Shown piece after piece: positions 13,950 to 26,735 of a stretch of 64,000 bases of DNA. Source of the DNA: Macrostomum lignano (lineage: Eukaryota); contig NIVC01002977.1 of the NCBI GenBank assembly GCA_002269645.1, positions 62,001 through 126,000 on the forward strand, written 5' to 3'. Every line of letters starts with the position of its first letter. Position 1 is the stretch's first letter. The translations under genes were made by a program, and so were the position numbers. A model generated the notes under the pieces. It had not been told where the DNA came from, made no database searches, and was given only the letters and a program-made list of their open reading frames with translations.

Positions 13950-14370
13950 GTGGATCTGGTATTCAGTATTGGGGTGCTTTTGGTCCTCAGTATTGGGCTG
14001 CATTTGGTCCTCAGTATTGGGCTGCATTTGGTCCTCAGTATTGGGCTGCATTTGGTCCTCAGTATTGGGCTGCATTTGGTCCTCAGTATTGGGCTGCATT
14101 TGGTCCTCAGTATTGGACTGCATTTGGTCTTCAGTATTGGACTGCATTAGGTCCTCAGTATATGGGGCGAATTTGGTCCTCAGTATTGGTGCAAATTTGG
14201 TCCTCAGTATTGGTGCAAATTTGGTCCTCAGTATTGGTGCAAATTTGGTCCTCAGTATTGGTGCAAATTTGGTCCTCAGTATTGGGGTGCATTTGGTCCT
14301 CAGTATTGGTGCAAATTTAGTCCTCAGTATTGGGGTGCATTTGGTCCTCAGTATTGGTGCAAATTTGGTC
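13950..14370. repeat. 24-bp minisatellite at the start of kinase intron 1
   Basis: About 17 copies of TTGGTCCTCAGTATTGGGCTGCAT, switching to a GGTGCAAAT variant in the second half. Confidence 0.95.
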
Positions 14371-15854
14371 TTCAGCCAACCCCATTTAGGACTGAATGGC
14401 TCCCTCAGTTTCGGGTCAATATTTGGTGTTACCCGAGAAATTTACCCTTTGCCTGCAGTAGTTGCTACCGGGCCTCCCCAATCAAAATTCTCTTCCGACT
14501 CCCGCAGCCGTGTGCGGCTTCCATTCCGTGAGTCCGCTTGAGCTGACTGAAGCCAGTCGGATGTTGGGCTCAATGGTGTGGGCGGATGTGTGAGCTGCCA
14601 GCTGAGTAGATCTCAATGATCTCAATGCTGTCCCATTTTGCACTGTCAGGCACTTTGTTGCGGCCATTGTAAGTGAACGCCTGAGCCTTCTTGCTCCCCG
14701 GTTTCCTGCCTGCCTTTCGCGAGATCCAGCCAGCCAGCCAGCCGACTGGCCTGCGGTCAAAGCCCCGCCGTTAATCCGCTTCCATTTTGAAGGCCGAAGC
14801 TGAATTCCTCCGTCATTTTGCTTGGCGCAAGTGGCGCCCCGCGTGACCCTGCAGCCTTGCGCCTCACGCTGTTTGGGGACACCCAAAGTCTTCCGCAAGA
14901 TTAGCCTGCTCCATCCTTTGTGTGCGTAAAATTCCTTCGCCTGCTCAAATCCTTCGGCTCGCAGGGAAATCAGCGGAAACCCCGGCAGTCACGCCAGCCC
15001 CGCCAAGCTCTGTTGCATCTCGGCTCAGTCCGAACTGCGATTTCTTCAAACACAAGCTGCTTCCTCTCAAATGAAGAAATCAGCCGGTGCACTTCCGATT
15101 TGCCAGGCTGCTTGATCCGTTTCTGCGCTCTTCCGTGCTCAACTGGGGTATTCTCCTCCCCGCTCTGTTTTCTTCCCTCCTCAAGGGGCGCGCAGGCGGA
15201 TGGGAGAAAGTGCTCTTGTTGGTCGGAGAGGCTGGGCGATGAAGTTGCCGGCCGCCCCGGAGTCGGGGTGGCATTGAATTCCGATAATTGATTTCTCAGC
15301 TTCTCAGCGGCGCCTGACAGGTCCGGCCTGGCCTGCCTGCCTCATCGCATTGGGGGGTTGGGGGCAGCGGCGTGAAGGACTGGCTGCCGCTCACAATGGC
15401 CTTTTGTCCTGAAATTCCCTCCCAGCTGGCTCAGGCATCCGGGCATTGCCGCCGCTGCGCCTGGCCTGACCGGCCCAGATGGCCGTCAGCAAAGCGAAGA
15501 AAAGAATTACAATTGGAACCGGTGCGGTCTTCTTGCGCAAGTAAAGCGAATGCTTAACGACAGTTGATGGGCAATGTCAGGCCCTGGGGTGCTTTTAAAT
15601 GCTGTGTTTACTGCCTCTGGCCGCCGCTTTGGTGTCAACCGTCCGCCATTCCAGTTCGGATTGAATCGCGCCAAAATTCCTGTGCATCAAGGCGCTTGCA
15701 TCAAACTAGAGGCTGCAAGTTCTGCAGGTTATTGTCAGGCCGGATTGCAGCCACTCCAGTTCTGGCTCCTTTAGAGTGTCAGACTTTTTTCCGTGCGGTT
15801 TCGCTTCGAAGGCTTGCTTTTTGCTTGCTTTTTGCTTGTGTTTAATTTGCTCTG

Positions 15855-16262
15855 CAATCAGCAGTCAGGGTGTCTCCCTGGCCCTGCACTCAGCAGTCAG
15901 GGTGTCTCCCTGGCCCTGCAATCAGCAGTCAGGGTGTCTCCCTGGCCCTGCAATCAGCAGTCAGGGTGTCTCCCTGGCCCTGCACTCAGCAGTCAGGGTG
16001 TCTCCCTGGCCCTGCACTCAGCAGTCGGGGGGTCTCCCTGGCCCTGCAATCAGCAGTCAGGGTGTCTCTCTGGCCCTGCACTCAGCAGTCAGGGTGTCTC
16101 CCTGGCCCTGCACTCAGCAGTCGGGGGGTCTCCCTGGCCCTGCAATCAGCAGTCAGGGTGTCTCCCTGGCCCTGCACTCAGCAGTCGGGGGGTCTCCCTG
16201 GCCCTGCACTCAGCAGTCAGGGTGTCTCCCTGGCCCTGCACTCAGCAGTCAGGGTGTCTCCC
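15855..16262. repeat. 32-bp minisatellite
   Basis: About 13 copies of CAGCAGTCAGGGTGTCTCCCTGGCCCTGCA(A/C)T. Confidence 0.95.
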
Positions 16263-17133
16263 AGTCTCAGCTGTCTTCCTTCATCCCAGCCACCTAGCTA
16301 ATGGCGACTATTAGCGGCCCGCCAGCGCTGCCCGGAATGCAATGATGCCGCATCGGCTCCGTCTTCAGCTCTCCCCTAACTGGGCTGGCCAAGGCGCCAT
16401 TCCGCCTCGTGCGAGTACCTATGATGCCACAGCCTTCTGCTCGGCCCGCGGGGACTTGGCGCATTAGGCTCGGATTCTCCATCTTTCGGGGCTCGCAAAT
16501 CTTGTTGCCGAGTAGCCCCTCCCGTCCCGATCCCATCCCGCCTGATTGATCCGCTGCGGGGATCTCGCCAGAGTCTTTTTAGCCTGGCCCGGCTACTCAC
16601 TTGAGCTGCTGGCCAGTTGGAAAATCGGCCGGCCGTCCCGACAGCCTAACTCAATAATGCCGACTGTCCTTCCTGTCCGCCGTGGGTGTTCAAGAGCTGC
16701 TATAGGCAGGACTGCAGGATTACTGAGAGCATGCTGGGCCGCTGGCTGCTAAATTAGCCCGCTGCTGGCCAGGTGACTCGCAGATTTGATTTGCCGCATC
16801 CAGTTTGCATTATCCAATCCGATTCCGACTGGCTCTTAAACTTTATGGTCTTCTTCAAGAGTCAGTAGAAGCAGGCCTTGCACTTTTGCTTTGGCGCGCA
16901 CAATGAGGCATTGATGAGTTTTGAGTACTTTCGATATCGCAGAATCCACAGTCCGGCCTGTGCGACCCCCCCCCCCCCCGTATCTGAGTGGCGGATCGGC
17001 GCCCTGGCCTGATTAATGGCAGCGGCACAAGGGTCTGCTTCCTGCCCCGTGCGCTTCCTGGCGGACTCTCTTTCATGTGGCCAAGGCGATCGCATGTGAA
17101 CTCTTCTCTGTTAGCCTGTCTTTGCTTGTCATG

Positions 17134-18636
17134 TAGGGGGCGACCCAGTCCCGGGCCCGAAAAGTCGGGAATCCCGACCAAAATCGTGGCCCGACCCGGG
17201 CCCGGGCCCGACCCTAAAAAAGTCGGGAAATCGGGACAAGTCTTTTTTCCCTAAAGGCACTAACTGCGTGCAAATAAGAATAAAATTATTTTTATTCACA
17301 GCACAGCACAACACTCAGTTAAGCATTGCATCAGCACTCAAGACTCAAGCACTGCACGACTGCAGTAATAGTAATAGATGATATGATGTGAAGTAGCAAT
17401 ATCATTGATTCGTAGTATGCTCTTAGCGTGAGTGTCTGTGACCGTGAGCGTCAGCCACAGCCAGTTTCCACTTTCCAGGAAGATCGGATTTTTTCCAGGA
17501 AGATAAAATTAAAACATAGTTGATGCAATATTGATTCCACTTTACACGCTGCAGGCTGCAGGCTAAAAGCAAAAATATGATTCTTTAAAAAGTTGATTTG
17601 TCATTTTTAAGCTTTTGTAAATAACATTTCCTATTTACGTTCCAAGAAGTACTTATTAAGGGCCAAGGCTACCATTTTTCCAAGAAGTTTGCTATCTATC
17701 AGAGTTTGTAATCGTGTTCATATTTGTATTGTATTCGTAGGTAGTTGTAGTTGTAGACTCAGTATCGTATTCGTAATCATATTCGTTTAGGTAGGTAGGT
17801 GAGCAGGTAGGCAGGTATCAGCTAATTACTTGTATTTCCATTGTCTGTTTGCCTGTTCTGTTGAGACAGTTGAGTGTTGTGTTGTGTTGTCACTTCACTT
17901 GTGTTCTGTTCTGTTGTCTTGTCTTGTTGTCTTACTGAATACTGACTGTGTACATGGCTCTTTATATTGAAGCTATGTAAAGGAACTAAAAATTCAAATA
18001 AAAGAATCAATCAATTGATTTGGTTCTTACTTCCTTACTGCTTCCAATGCCAAGTGCCTTACACTTAATGCTTCAGCTTTTCTTCTTTTTGCTTACTGCC
18101 ACTGCCAGTGCCAGCCGCACTACCGTAGTGCCTGCTTGCCTACCTCACTGCCTGTTAAGTGTTAGTGTCACTGTCACTGGCACACACACAGTACTTGTGC
18201 CACACAGTGACATTGAATTTGAACTATTGAGTATATTGATATTTGAGTATTAAGTCTTTTAATGTAACTCTTATCTATTCTGAAGTATTAACTAATGTAT
18301 TAAATAAAAATAATATTTATTATATATTTAATATAATATATTATATTTATATATTATTATATATTTAATATATTCATATATTATAATATATTTAATGTTT
18401 ATCATATATTTATTATACATTTAATATATTATATTAGATTTAATATTTTAATATATTTATTATATATTTAATAGTAATCCGCATATGCTAAAAGTATTAA
18501 TATTTATTATGATTTTTTTCCAATTATTGAGCTGTCCTAAAGATCTTGTCCCGAATTCCCGAGGCCCGACCCAGGCCCGAGTCCTCATTCCCGGGCCTGA
18601 CCCGGGCCCGACTTTGGCCGTCCCGGTCGCCCCCTA
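17134..18636. mobile_element. Non-autonomous hAT element in kinase intron 1
   Basis: 12-bp TIR TAGGGGGCGACC at both ends. Perfect 8-bp TSD TTGTCATG (17126-17133, 18637-18644). Subterminal CCCGGGCCCGA repeats; AT-only tract at 18290-18480; no transposase. Confidence 0.9.
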
Positions 18637-20325
18637 TTGTCATGACTGGCGGTGCTCGACGGACGCACACAATGCCCGCCTGCTTTCTTCTTCGGGCGCA
18701 TTTGCCTTCAGCAGCTCTGGCAGCTCTAAGAGACTTGCCCCTCCGGCTGTCAGCGGCTGGCCGCCCGTTGGTAGCCTCTCAATTACCCGCAGCCTCAGCT
18801 CTCCGCCTTCCATTTTCTTTTGGTGCCTCAATTGTGACCCCCCCCACTCCTTTGGCCTTCCTTCCCCTGCCTGAACCTGATGGAGCTCGCTGGAAGCTGC
18901 AGAGGTGATTAAGTTGCAGTCTGCCTCTGTGTAAGTGGAACAGTATCTCCAAAGAGTCGGCAAATTTGCTACACTGATTGAGTAGAGAGAGGGAGACTCT
19001 CCGATCTGGATGGGATTGGGAAGAGTGAATCAAAATTTATAGCCAATCACCCCGAGTGGAGGCCGCATCCGACAGTCTAATCCTGTCTTGATTACGTGTC
19101 CGGGGCTCGATCCCATTTCCCAGCGGGTAGCTGCTGCTGCTGTAAAATGGCGGGCTGTCCGTCCGGCTGAGGCAGGCGACTTCGGTGACCCGTCTGCAGT
19201 TTTTCACTGGGCAATAAGCTGTCAGTTCTGGCAAATTGGCCTCTAGTGGCCGCCCACCCCAGCCCAATCGGATTAGATCTCTTGATCAGTAGCGGCGGAT
19301 TTGCCGAAAGGCCTGCCTCATCCCTATCTGGATTGAGGCTCGCGACTTTTTGATGGCCGGCCCCGCAGCCTCCGCTGCTTCTGAGCGCCGCCAGCTTTTT
19401 TCAATTCCAGTGGCCGAATTCCTCCGCTCCCACCCGCTGACCCTTGCGCAGGTAGCGGGCATGGGAAAGTGGGTCAATTAGGTCTTATTAGAGTCTGCGA
19501 CTAATTAGTCAGGTGCAAGAGGTAGGGGCAGCTGAGATGAGGGTTCTTAGCGGGACTGCGGCTTTGCTTAGTAAGTGTGTGGCTGTTGTGACACGGAGAG
19601 CGAACTCGGGGCTGTCGGGAGAGGCGAGCTGGCTGGCTTGTTTGCGCGTGCTGAATTGCGGGAATCGAAATTGGCTTAGTTTAGCCCGCGTTTCTCTGAT
19701 CTCTGTTTTGTATTTCCCGGTTCGGCTCTCGCTGCCCCCCCCCCCCCCAGCCACCCTCCTGGCTGCTGGATCGAACTGCGCGGTCTGGCCTCTCATCTCG
19801 CTAAATCTCCCGGGGTGCAGCGGAATGCAGAACGGCTCGGGGCAGTGCGCGCAACTTTTCGTTCAGATATTGCTGCTTCTCAGGGCCGGATTCTGTGGGA
19901 AAGTTCCAGTGCTTGTTTTTAATTGACTGGGCCGGCTCGCCGCCTTCTGCCTGTCCTGTTTACTGGCTACCAGTGCGTGTGCACTGCGGCGGGTCTCCGG
20001 CTGCTGGCAGACTGGCGGAAATGCTAAAGCTGAGATTTTTGCCCCGGGAGGACCAGCCAGGTTTACAAGCATCTCCTCAGACTCTCACAAGTGGATTTTG
20101 AAACCCGTAATTTCTAACATTATAGCAAGTATGCTCTTTGAAAGCATGCAGGTCGTTTCCTGGACTAAACTCGAAGTCCTGGACTCGAATCGAGTTTTGG
20201 ACAAAGTCGAATTTTCTGACCAGATGTAGCGGGAAAGGGCTCTGGCCTGGATTTTAATCAGTCAGGCGGAGATTTTAAGACGCCGCGTACTTTGCATTGC
20301 TCTTATCGATGTCTCCCCTGCGCAG

Positions 20326-20999
20326 AGCCGACAGCTGTCCTCAGATTCTTCCGACATCACTGACCCGACCTCATCGTCTGGCTCCTCCTCGGGCACCTGC
20401 TGCCGATGTCGGCGCCTTTTGGACATCAATTCGACGCTGAACGACAGCCCCAACCGTTTCGTGCCTGCCGCCGCCGCTGCGTCAGTCGCCGTGGACCTCC
20501 TGGTGCGCATTGATGACGACACCGCTGATGAAGGCGGCAGCTGCGACAGGCCGGAGAAAACTGACCGAGGCGGCAGTGGTGGCTGCACCAGCGACTGCGC
20601 GGACATCGCCGACTGGTGGTACGGCAGCGGAAGCGACAGCGAGGAGCCGCCCGATCTGCCGCCCGCTGACGGCCTCGGAGCCGCTCCGGAGCTGCCGGCT
20701 GACCGTCTAAGGCTCGGCGAGCGCCTCGGCGGCGGCAACTTCGGCGAAGTCCGAGCCGCCCTGCACCGCGACCCGCGCACCGGCCGCGAGGTTCGAGTGG
20801 CAGTGAAGACCCTCCGTTCTGGCGCCGGCGCCGCAGCTGAAGCTGACGTGCTGGCCGAGGCGCGGGTGATGAGCGGCCTGCGGCATCCCCGGGTGCTCCG
20901 CCTGCTGGGCCTGAGCCGGGCGAACGTCAGCGGCTGCCTGATGCTGGTGCTGGAGCTGGCGCCGCTCGGGCCGGTGAACAAGTTCCTCAGGAAGCACCC
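20326..20999 (+). CDS. SYK: Syk/ZAP-70-like kinase, exon 2 (linker plus kinase N-lobe)
   Basis: The acceptor TCTCCCCTGCGCAG| ending at 20325 is phase 0, matching the exon 1 donor. Contains GGGNFGEV, VAVKTL, EARVM and LVLELAPLGP. Phase-2 donor CC|GTGAGT at 21000. Confidence 0.85.
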
Positions 21000-21321
21000 G
21001 TGAGTGCCAGCTTAGTTCTTCTGTTTGTCGGCAGCTGCAGCTCGGAAGTTCAGAAAGAAATAAAATGTCAGCGTTTGTTATCGAACGGTATAGTTCATAC
21101 CTGATTGAAAATTTTGAAGCGAAGTAGGGTCCTCTCACTAGCAGTCACTGGCAGTTCAAAGCCAATTTTTTTTCTGAAATTAATATAAAATGCTTGCACC
21201 CACTACTAGCCTACTGTAAGTAGATGAATTGGCAGGTTTCATCGCGTACCCTTAATATTTTTTCACAGTTGCCATTTTTGCCAGATATCTTTATTACGGT
21301 AAATTTATAGACATCTTTACT

Positions 21322-23650
21322 AGAGTCTCCTTTCCATCTTCACGAGTCTCCTTTCCATCTTCACTAGAGTCTCCTTTCCATCTTCACTAGAGTCTCCTTT
21401 CCATCTTCACTAGAGTCTCCTTTCCATCTTCACTAGAGTCTCCTTTCCATCTTCACTAGAGTCTCCTTTCCATCTTCACTAGAGTCTCCTTTCCATCTTC
21501 ACTAGAGTCTCCTTTCCATCTTCACTAGAGTCTCCTTTCCATCTTCACTAGAGTCTCCATTCCATCTTCACTAGAGTCTCCATTCCATCTTCACTAGAGT
21601 CTCCATTCCATCTTCACTAGAGTCTCCTTTCCATCTTCACTAGAGTCTCCATTCCATCTTCACTAGAGTCTCCATTCCATCTTCACTAGAGTCTCCTTTC
21701 CATCTTCACTAGAGTCCCTTCACTCCATCTTCACTAGAGTCCCTCCATTCCAACTTCACTAGAGTCCCTTCACTCCATCTTCACTAGAGTCTCCATTCCA
21801 TCTTCACTAGAGTCTCCATTCCATCTTCACTAGAGTCTCCATTCCATCTTTACTAGAGTCTCCTTTCCATCTTCACTAGAGTCTCCATTCCATCTTCACT
21901 AGAGTCTCCTTTCCATCTTCACTAGAGTCCCTTCACTCCATCTTCACTAGAGTCCCTCCATTCCAACTTCACTAGAGTCCCTTCACTCCATCTTCACTAG
22001 AGTCCCTCCATTCCAACTTCACTAGAGTCCCTTCACTCCATCTTCACTACAGTCCCTTCACTCCATCTTCACTACAGTCCCTTCACTCCATCTTCACTAG
22101 AGTCCCTTCACTCCATCTTCACTACAGTCCCTTCACTCCATCTTCACTACAGTCCCTTCACTCCATCTTCACTAGAGTCCCTCCATTCCAACTTCACTAG
22201 AGTCCCTTCACTCCATCTTCACTAGAGTCCCTTCACTCCATCTTCACTAGAGTCCCTCCATTCCAACTTCACTAGAGTCCCTTCACTCCATCTTCACTAC
22301 AGTCCCTTCACTCCATCTTCACTAGAGTCCCTTCACTCCATCTTCACTACAGTCCCTTCACTCCATCTTCACTAGAGTCCCTTCACTCCATCTTCACTAC
22401 AGTCCCTTCACTCCATCTTCACTACAGTCCCTTCACTCCATCTTCACTACAGTCCCTTCACTCTATCTTCACTACAGTCCCTTCACTCCATCTTCACTAC
22501 AGTCCCTTCACTCCATCTTCACTACAGTCCCTTCACTCCATCTTCACTACAGTCCCTTCACTCTATCTTCACTACAGTCCCTTCACTCCATCTTCACTAC
22601 AGTCCCTTCACTCTATCTTCACTACAGTCCCTTCACTCCATCTTCACTACAGTCCCTTCACTCTATCTTCACTACAGTCCCTTCACTCTATCTTCACTAC
22701 AGTCCCTTCACTCCATCTTCACTACAGTCCCTTCACTCCATCTTCACTACAGTCCCTTCACTCCATCTTCACTACAGTCCCTTCACTCCATCTTCACTAC
22801 AGTCCCTTCACTCCATCTTCACTACAGTCCCTTCACTCCATCTTCACTACAGTCCCTTCACTCCATCTTCACTACAGTCCCTTCACTCCATCTTCACTAC
22901 AGTCCCTTCACTCCATCTTCACTACAGTCCCTTCACTCCATCTTCACTACAGTCCCTTCACTCCATCTTCACTACAGTCCCTTCACTCCATCTTCACTAC
23001 AGTCCCTTCACTCCATCTTCACTACAGTCCCTTCACTCCATCTTCACTACAGTCCCTTCACTCCATCTTCACTACAGTCCCTTCACTCCATCTTCACTAC
23101 AGTCCCTTCACTCCATCTTCACTACAGTCCCTTCACTCCATCTTCACTACAGTCCCTTCACTCCATCTTCACTACAGTCCCTTCACTCCATCTTCACTAC
23201 AGTCCCTTCACTCCATCTTCACTACAGTCCCTTCACTCCATCTTCACTACAGTCCCTTCACTCCATCTTCACTACAGTCCCTTCACTCCATCTTCACTAC
23301 AGTCCCTTCACTCCATCTTCACTACAGTCCCTTCACTCCATCTTCACTACAGTCCCTTCACTCCATCTTCACTACAGTCCCTTCACTCTATCTTCACTAC
23401 AGTCCCTTCACTCCATCTTCACTACAGTCCCTTCACTCCATCTTCACTACAGTCCCTTCACTCCATCTTCACTACAGTCCCTTCACTCCATCTTCACTAC
23501 AGTCCCTTCACTCCATCTTCACTACAGTCCCTTCACTCCATCTTCACTACAGTCCCTTCACTCCATCTTCACTACAGTCCCTTCACTCCATCTTCACTAC
23601 AGTCCCTTCACTCCATCTTCACTACAGTCCCTTCACTCCATCTTCACTAC
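21322..23650. repeat. 23/25-bp satellite filling most of kinase intron 2
   Basis: About 95 units grading from AGAGTCTCCTTTCCATCTTCACT (23 bp) to ACAGTCCCTTCACTCCATCTTCACT (25 bp). Confidence 0.97.
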
Positions 23651-23680
23651 TGACCGGAATCCCCGATCGCAAACCCGCAG

Positions 23681-24200
23681 CGAGTGCCCAGTCGAGCAGC
23701 TCACAGAGCTGGCCCACCAGGTCTCTCAGGGCATGCGCTACCTGGAGTCCCGCCGCCTCGTCCACCGCGACTTGGCCGCCCGCAACGTCCTGCTGGCCGG
23801 CCGGTGCAGCGTCAAGATTTCGGACTTCGGCCTGAGCCGCGCGCTGGCCGGCGGCAGCGACTATTACCGTGCCGATGCGGCCGGCCGCTGGCCGCTGAAG
23901 TGGTACAGCCCTGAGTGCATCTACTACTTCCGCTTTAGCTGCCAGTCGGACGTCTGGAGCTTCGGCGTCACCTGCTGGGAACTGTTCAGCTACGGCGCCA
24001 GGCCCTACCACGACCTCAAGGGCACGGAGATCGTGCAGATGCTGGAGCGGGGCGACCGCCTGCCCTGTCCGGCCGCCTGTCCGGGTCCGGTGTACGAGCT
24101 GCTGCTGCACTGCTGGCGCTACTGTCCCGACCAGCGGCCCAGCTTTGCCTGTCTGGCCGCCCGCCTGGCCGCCATGCCGAGGTCCGCTGGACTGGATTGA
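23681..24200 (+). CDS. SYK: Syk/ZAP-70-like kinase, exon 3 (kinase C-lobe)
   Basis: The acceptor CCCGCAG| at 23680 is phase 2 and restores the frame (KHP-ECPVEQL). Contains HRDLAARN, DFGLSRA, activation loop DYY, GRWPLKWYSPECI and SDVWSFGV; stop at 24200. The spliced product is 723 aa if there are no further exons. Confidence 0.9.
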
Positions 24201-24721
24201 ACTTTGACCTCGCCTGACCTCTGACACAATAGGAGTGCATAGTAACTTTAGACTTTATGTGGCCTGCTACTAGCTGTCTGAGCTTGCCGCCCCTGCCCGC
24301 GGCTCCACTGGTTAAACTGGTCTGCCTCTGCGCACCTGTCTCATCTCACTTTCACCTTATCTGTGTGTATCTGTCTGTCAAAACCCGAGCCTGAGCCCAG
24401 CAACCAGTAGGCCGTTTTTCATGTCATTTTCTCTACTGCGTCAAGCAGCAGTAGGTGTCGCTATTTAATACTTGTAGTAGTATTGAATTCGGCTTCTTTT
24501 ATGTACTTTCAATATAGTATTAGCTGTGTCTGCGGTTCCGGCTACTCGAGCTCGATGCAGGTCAGGTGCAGCAAGTGCTGCTGGTTTTGCATTCATTTGT
24601 ACCTCTGCGGGATTCTCGCTGGTTAGAGCAGCGTATGCCTGTAATTCGATGTAACCTATTTAATCTTTGTTTGTACCTATTTTATAGGTAAATATTGATT
24701 TAGTCAGCTATGCGATATTAC

Positions 24722-25115
24722 GGTTAGGCAGGTGTACAAGATTAGGGTTAGGCAGGTGTACAAGATTAGGGTTAGGCAGGTGTACTATAGTAGGGTTAGA
24801 CAGGTGTACAATATTAGGGTTAAGCAGGTGTACAAGATTAGGGTTAGGCAGGTGTACAAGATTAGGGTTAGGCAGGTGTACAAGATTAGGATTGGGCAGG
24901 TGTACAAGATTAGGATTGGGCAGGTGTACAAGATTAGGGTTAGGCAGGTGTACAAGATTAGGGTTAGGCAGGTGTACTATAGTAGGGTTAGACAGGTGTA
25001 CAAGATTAGGGTTAGGCAGGTGTACAAGATTAGGATTGGGCAGGTGTACAAGATTAGGGTTAGGCAGGTGTACAAGATTAGGGTCAGACAGGTACAAGAT
25101 TAGGGTTAGGCACGT
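24722..25115. repeat. 24-bp minisatellite containing TTAGGG-like hexamers
   Basis: About 16 copies of GATTAGGGTTAGGCAGGTGTACAA. Confidence 0.95.
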
Positions 25116-25404
25116 GTACGAGATCGAGTTAGACAACAAATATTAAAAATCTTAATTAAAAAATTGAGCGACACTAGACTAAGGCGAATACAATTGCTTA
25201 GAGCTGTTTGCAGTATTTTTTCTTTTTTATCACAGCATTCGTTGGGTTGCCAGGTCACAGTTGCTGAGACTATACTCAACTGACCCGACGAATGTCATCG
25301 CTTCTCAAATTCCCCACTGCATTGACAGCCTACCTGTGTAATAAAATAATGGATTTGCATTGTGTCCGCACAGCCGATTTCATTGAGAAACGGAGAGGCT
25401 TTAC

Positions 25405-25781
25405 CATAGATAAAGTATACCATAGATTCCACCCCTGCCCAGAATGTACACACGCTCGTGTCCAAACTTTGACCACCATAAAACTCACCGTGCTCTCATT
25501 GGCTGGCGCGAAAGCCTTCCTTTCAACACCTTCGATTTCATTCCCTCACCCCTTCCACACAAGAAAGCTTTATAACTTTAATGCGCGGAACGAAAGGATG
25601 TCTTACCAGTTTCAACAGTTAAAGCGGAGATAATAGAAAAGCGGAGTTGGGGGAATGTACACACGTGGACTCAATGTGCATAGCGTGGCCCAGCCAATAG
25701 GAGCGCAGTGAATAAAGTGATGGTCACAATTTAGACACTCCGCGGGGGTAGGGGTGGAATCTATGGTATACTTTATCTATG
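25405..25781. mobile_element. hAT-type MITE
   Basis: Perfect TIR of about 32 bp, CATAGATAAAGTATACCATAGATTCCACCCCT. Perfect 8-bp TSD GGCTTTAC (25397-25404, 25782-25789). Confidence 0.9.
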
Positions 25782-26735
25782 GGCTTTACTGAGTTTTGTT
25801 ATCTGCCATCATTTTTAGCTTTGCCACCTTGGGTGTAGGTAGTTTGCCGGGCTTGCTCCATTCATCGCATTCTTAGCATGGCCAGCTGTGAAGTGATAAT
25901 CTAGCTGGGATTCACTGAGCCTTGCGATGGTTGCAGGGTCAAAGTCCATTCCGCACTGGCCCTCTCCTCTCGTTTGCGGTTTGGCGAGCCCCGCCTCCCT
26001 CCCTGCACCGTGCAGCCCCACCACCCCAGTCACCCCAGCCCCATGACGCCCACCCCACCGCCGCGGGTATTTAAAGGCTCGCGCTGGCTCCCCGCCCGGC
26101 CCGCTGCCGTTCAAAACCCCCGAGCCCCAACTCCCTGCCGCTCTACAGCCTGTGCCTGGCCTCCCTGTGTGCCTTCAGCTAGCCTGCTTTTTTCTAACAG
26201 AGGAAACGCGAATAAGCGAGGGCGGTTTACTTTGATTGTGTCTGAAGAAATTGCGCTGCCTTTTTTAACTTTGCCGTCAACTTGAAGATTCAACTGGAGA
26301 AAAAGGACCGGCTCTGCTTTAGCAGCTTTTCTTGCTTACAGAGGAACTGAAGCTTTCAGTCATCCTGGTTTAGTAGGGCTGGCCCCGCTCCTCATTGCAC
26401 GTAAGGCCAGCCTCTCTTCCCCCCTCCCACTCGAGCCCTCTGTGTCCACAGGCTAGTGGGGCAGAGACTTGGCGAGAAAATCGATAAAGCAGCCAAAGTG
26501 CAGCAAACTCTGCTTCCCACTCCTGTTCCCCGGCTTTGCCCATCCATCTTCCCGAGGTCACGCTTTATCCCCCATCCATCTTCCCGAGGTCACGCTTTAT
26601 CCCCATCCATCCTGCCCGCCGCTCTGCCTTCCACTCTGAATCGGACGAATTTCATATCTAAGACCGGACACGCAACCTGTGAAGCAGCGAAGCCTCAATC
26701 AAGTTCGCCATTTTAACTTTTGCCTTCCAGCGAAT

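Noticed and set aside
13928-14541. C-terminal WAAFGPQY/IWSSVLVQ repeats of the 456-aa ORF and overlapping ORFs
   Set aside because: Read-through of a 24-bp intronic minisatellite past the phase-0 donor at 13928; the spliced model restores a normal Syk kinase.
21322-23650. CRISPR-like appearance of regular 23-37-bp repeats here and elsewhere
   Set aside because: Units are head-to-tail with no unique spacers, there are no cas genes, and the context is eukaryotic.
12950-24200. SHARK/HTK16-type kinase assignment
   Set aside because: No ankyrin repeats between the SH2 domains; the nearby ankyrin ORFs lie after the kinase stop codon and belong to separate genes.
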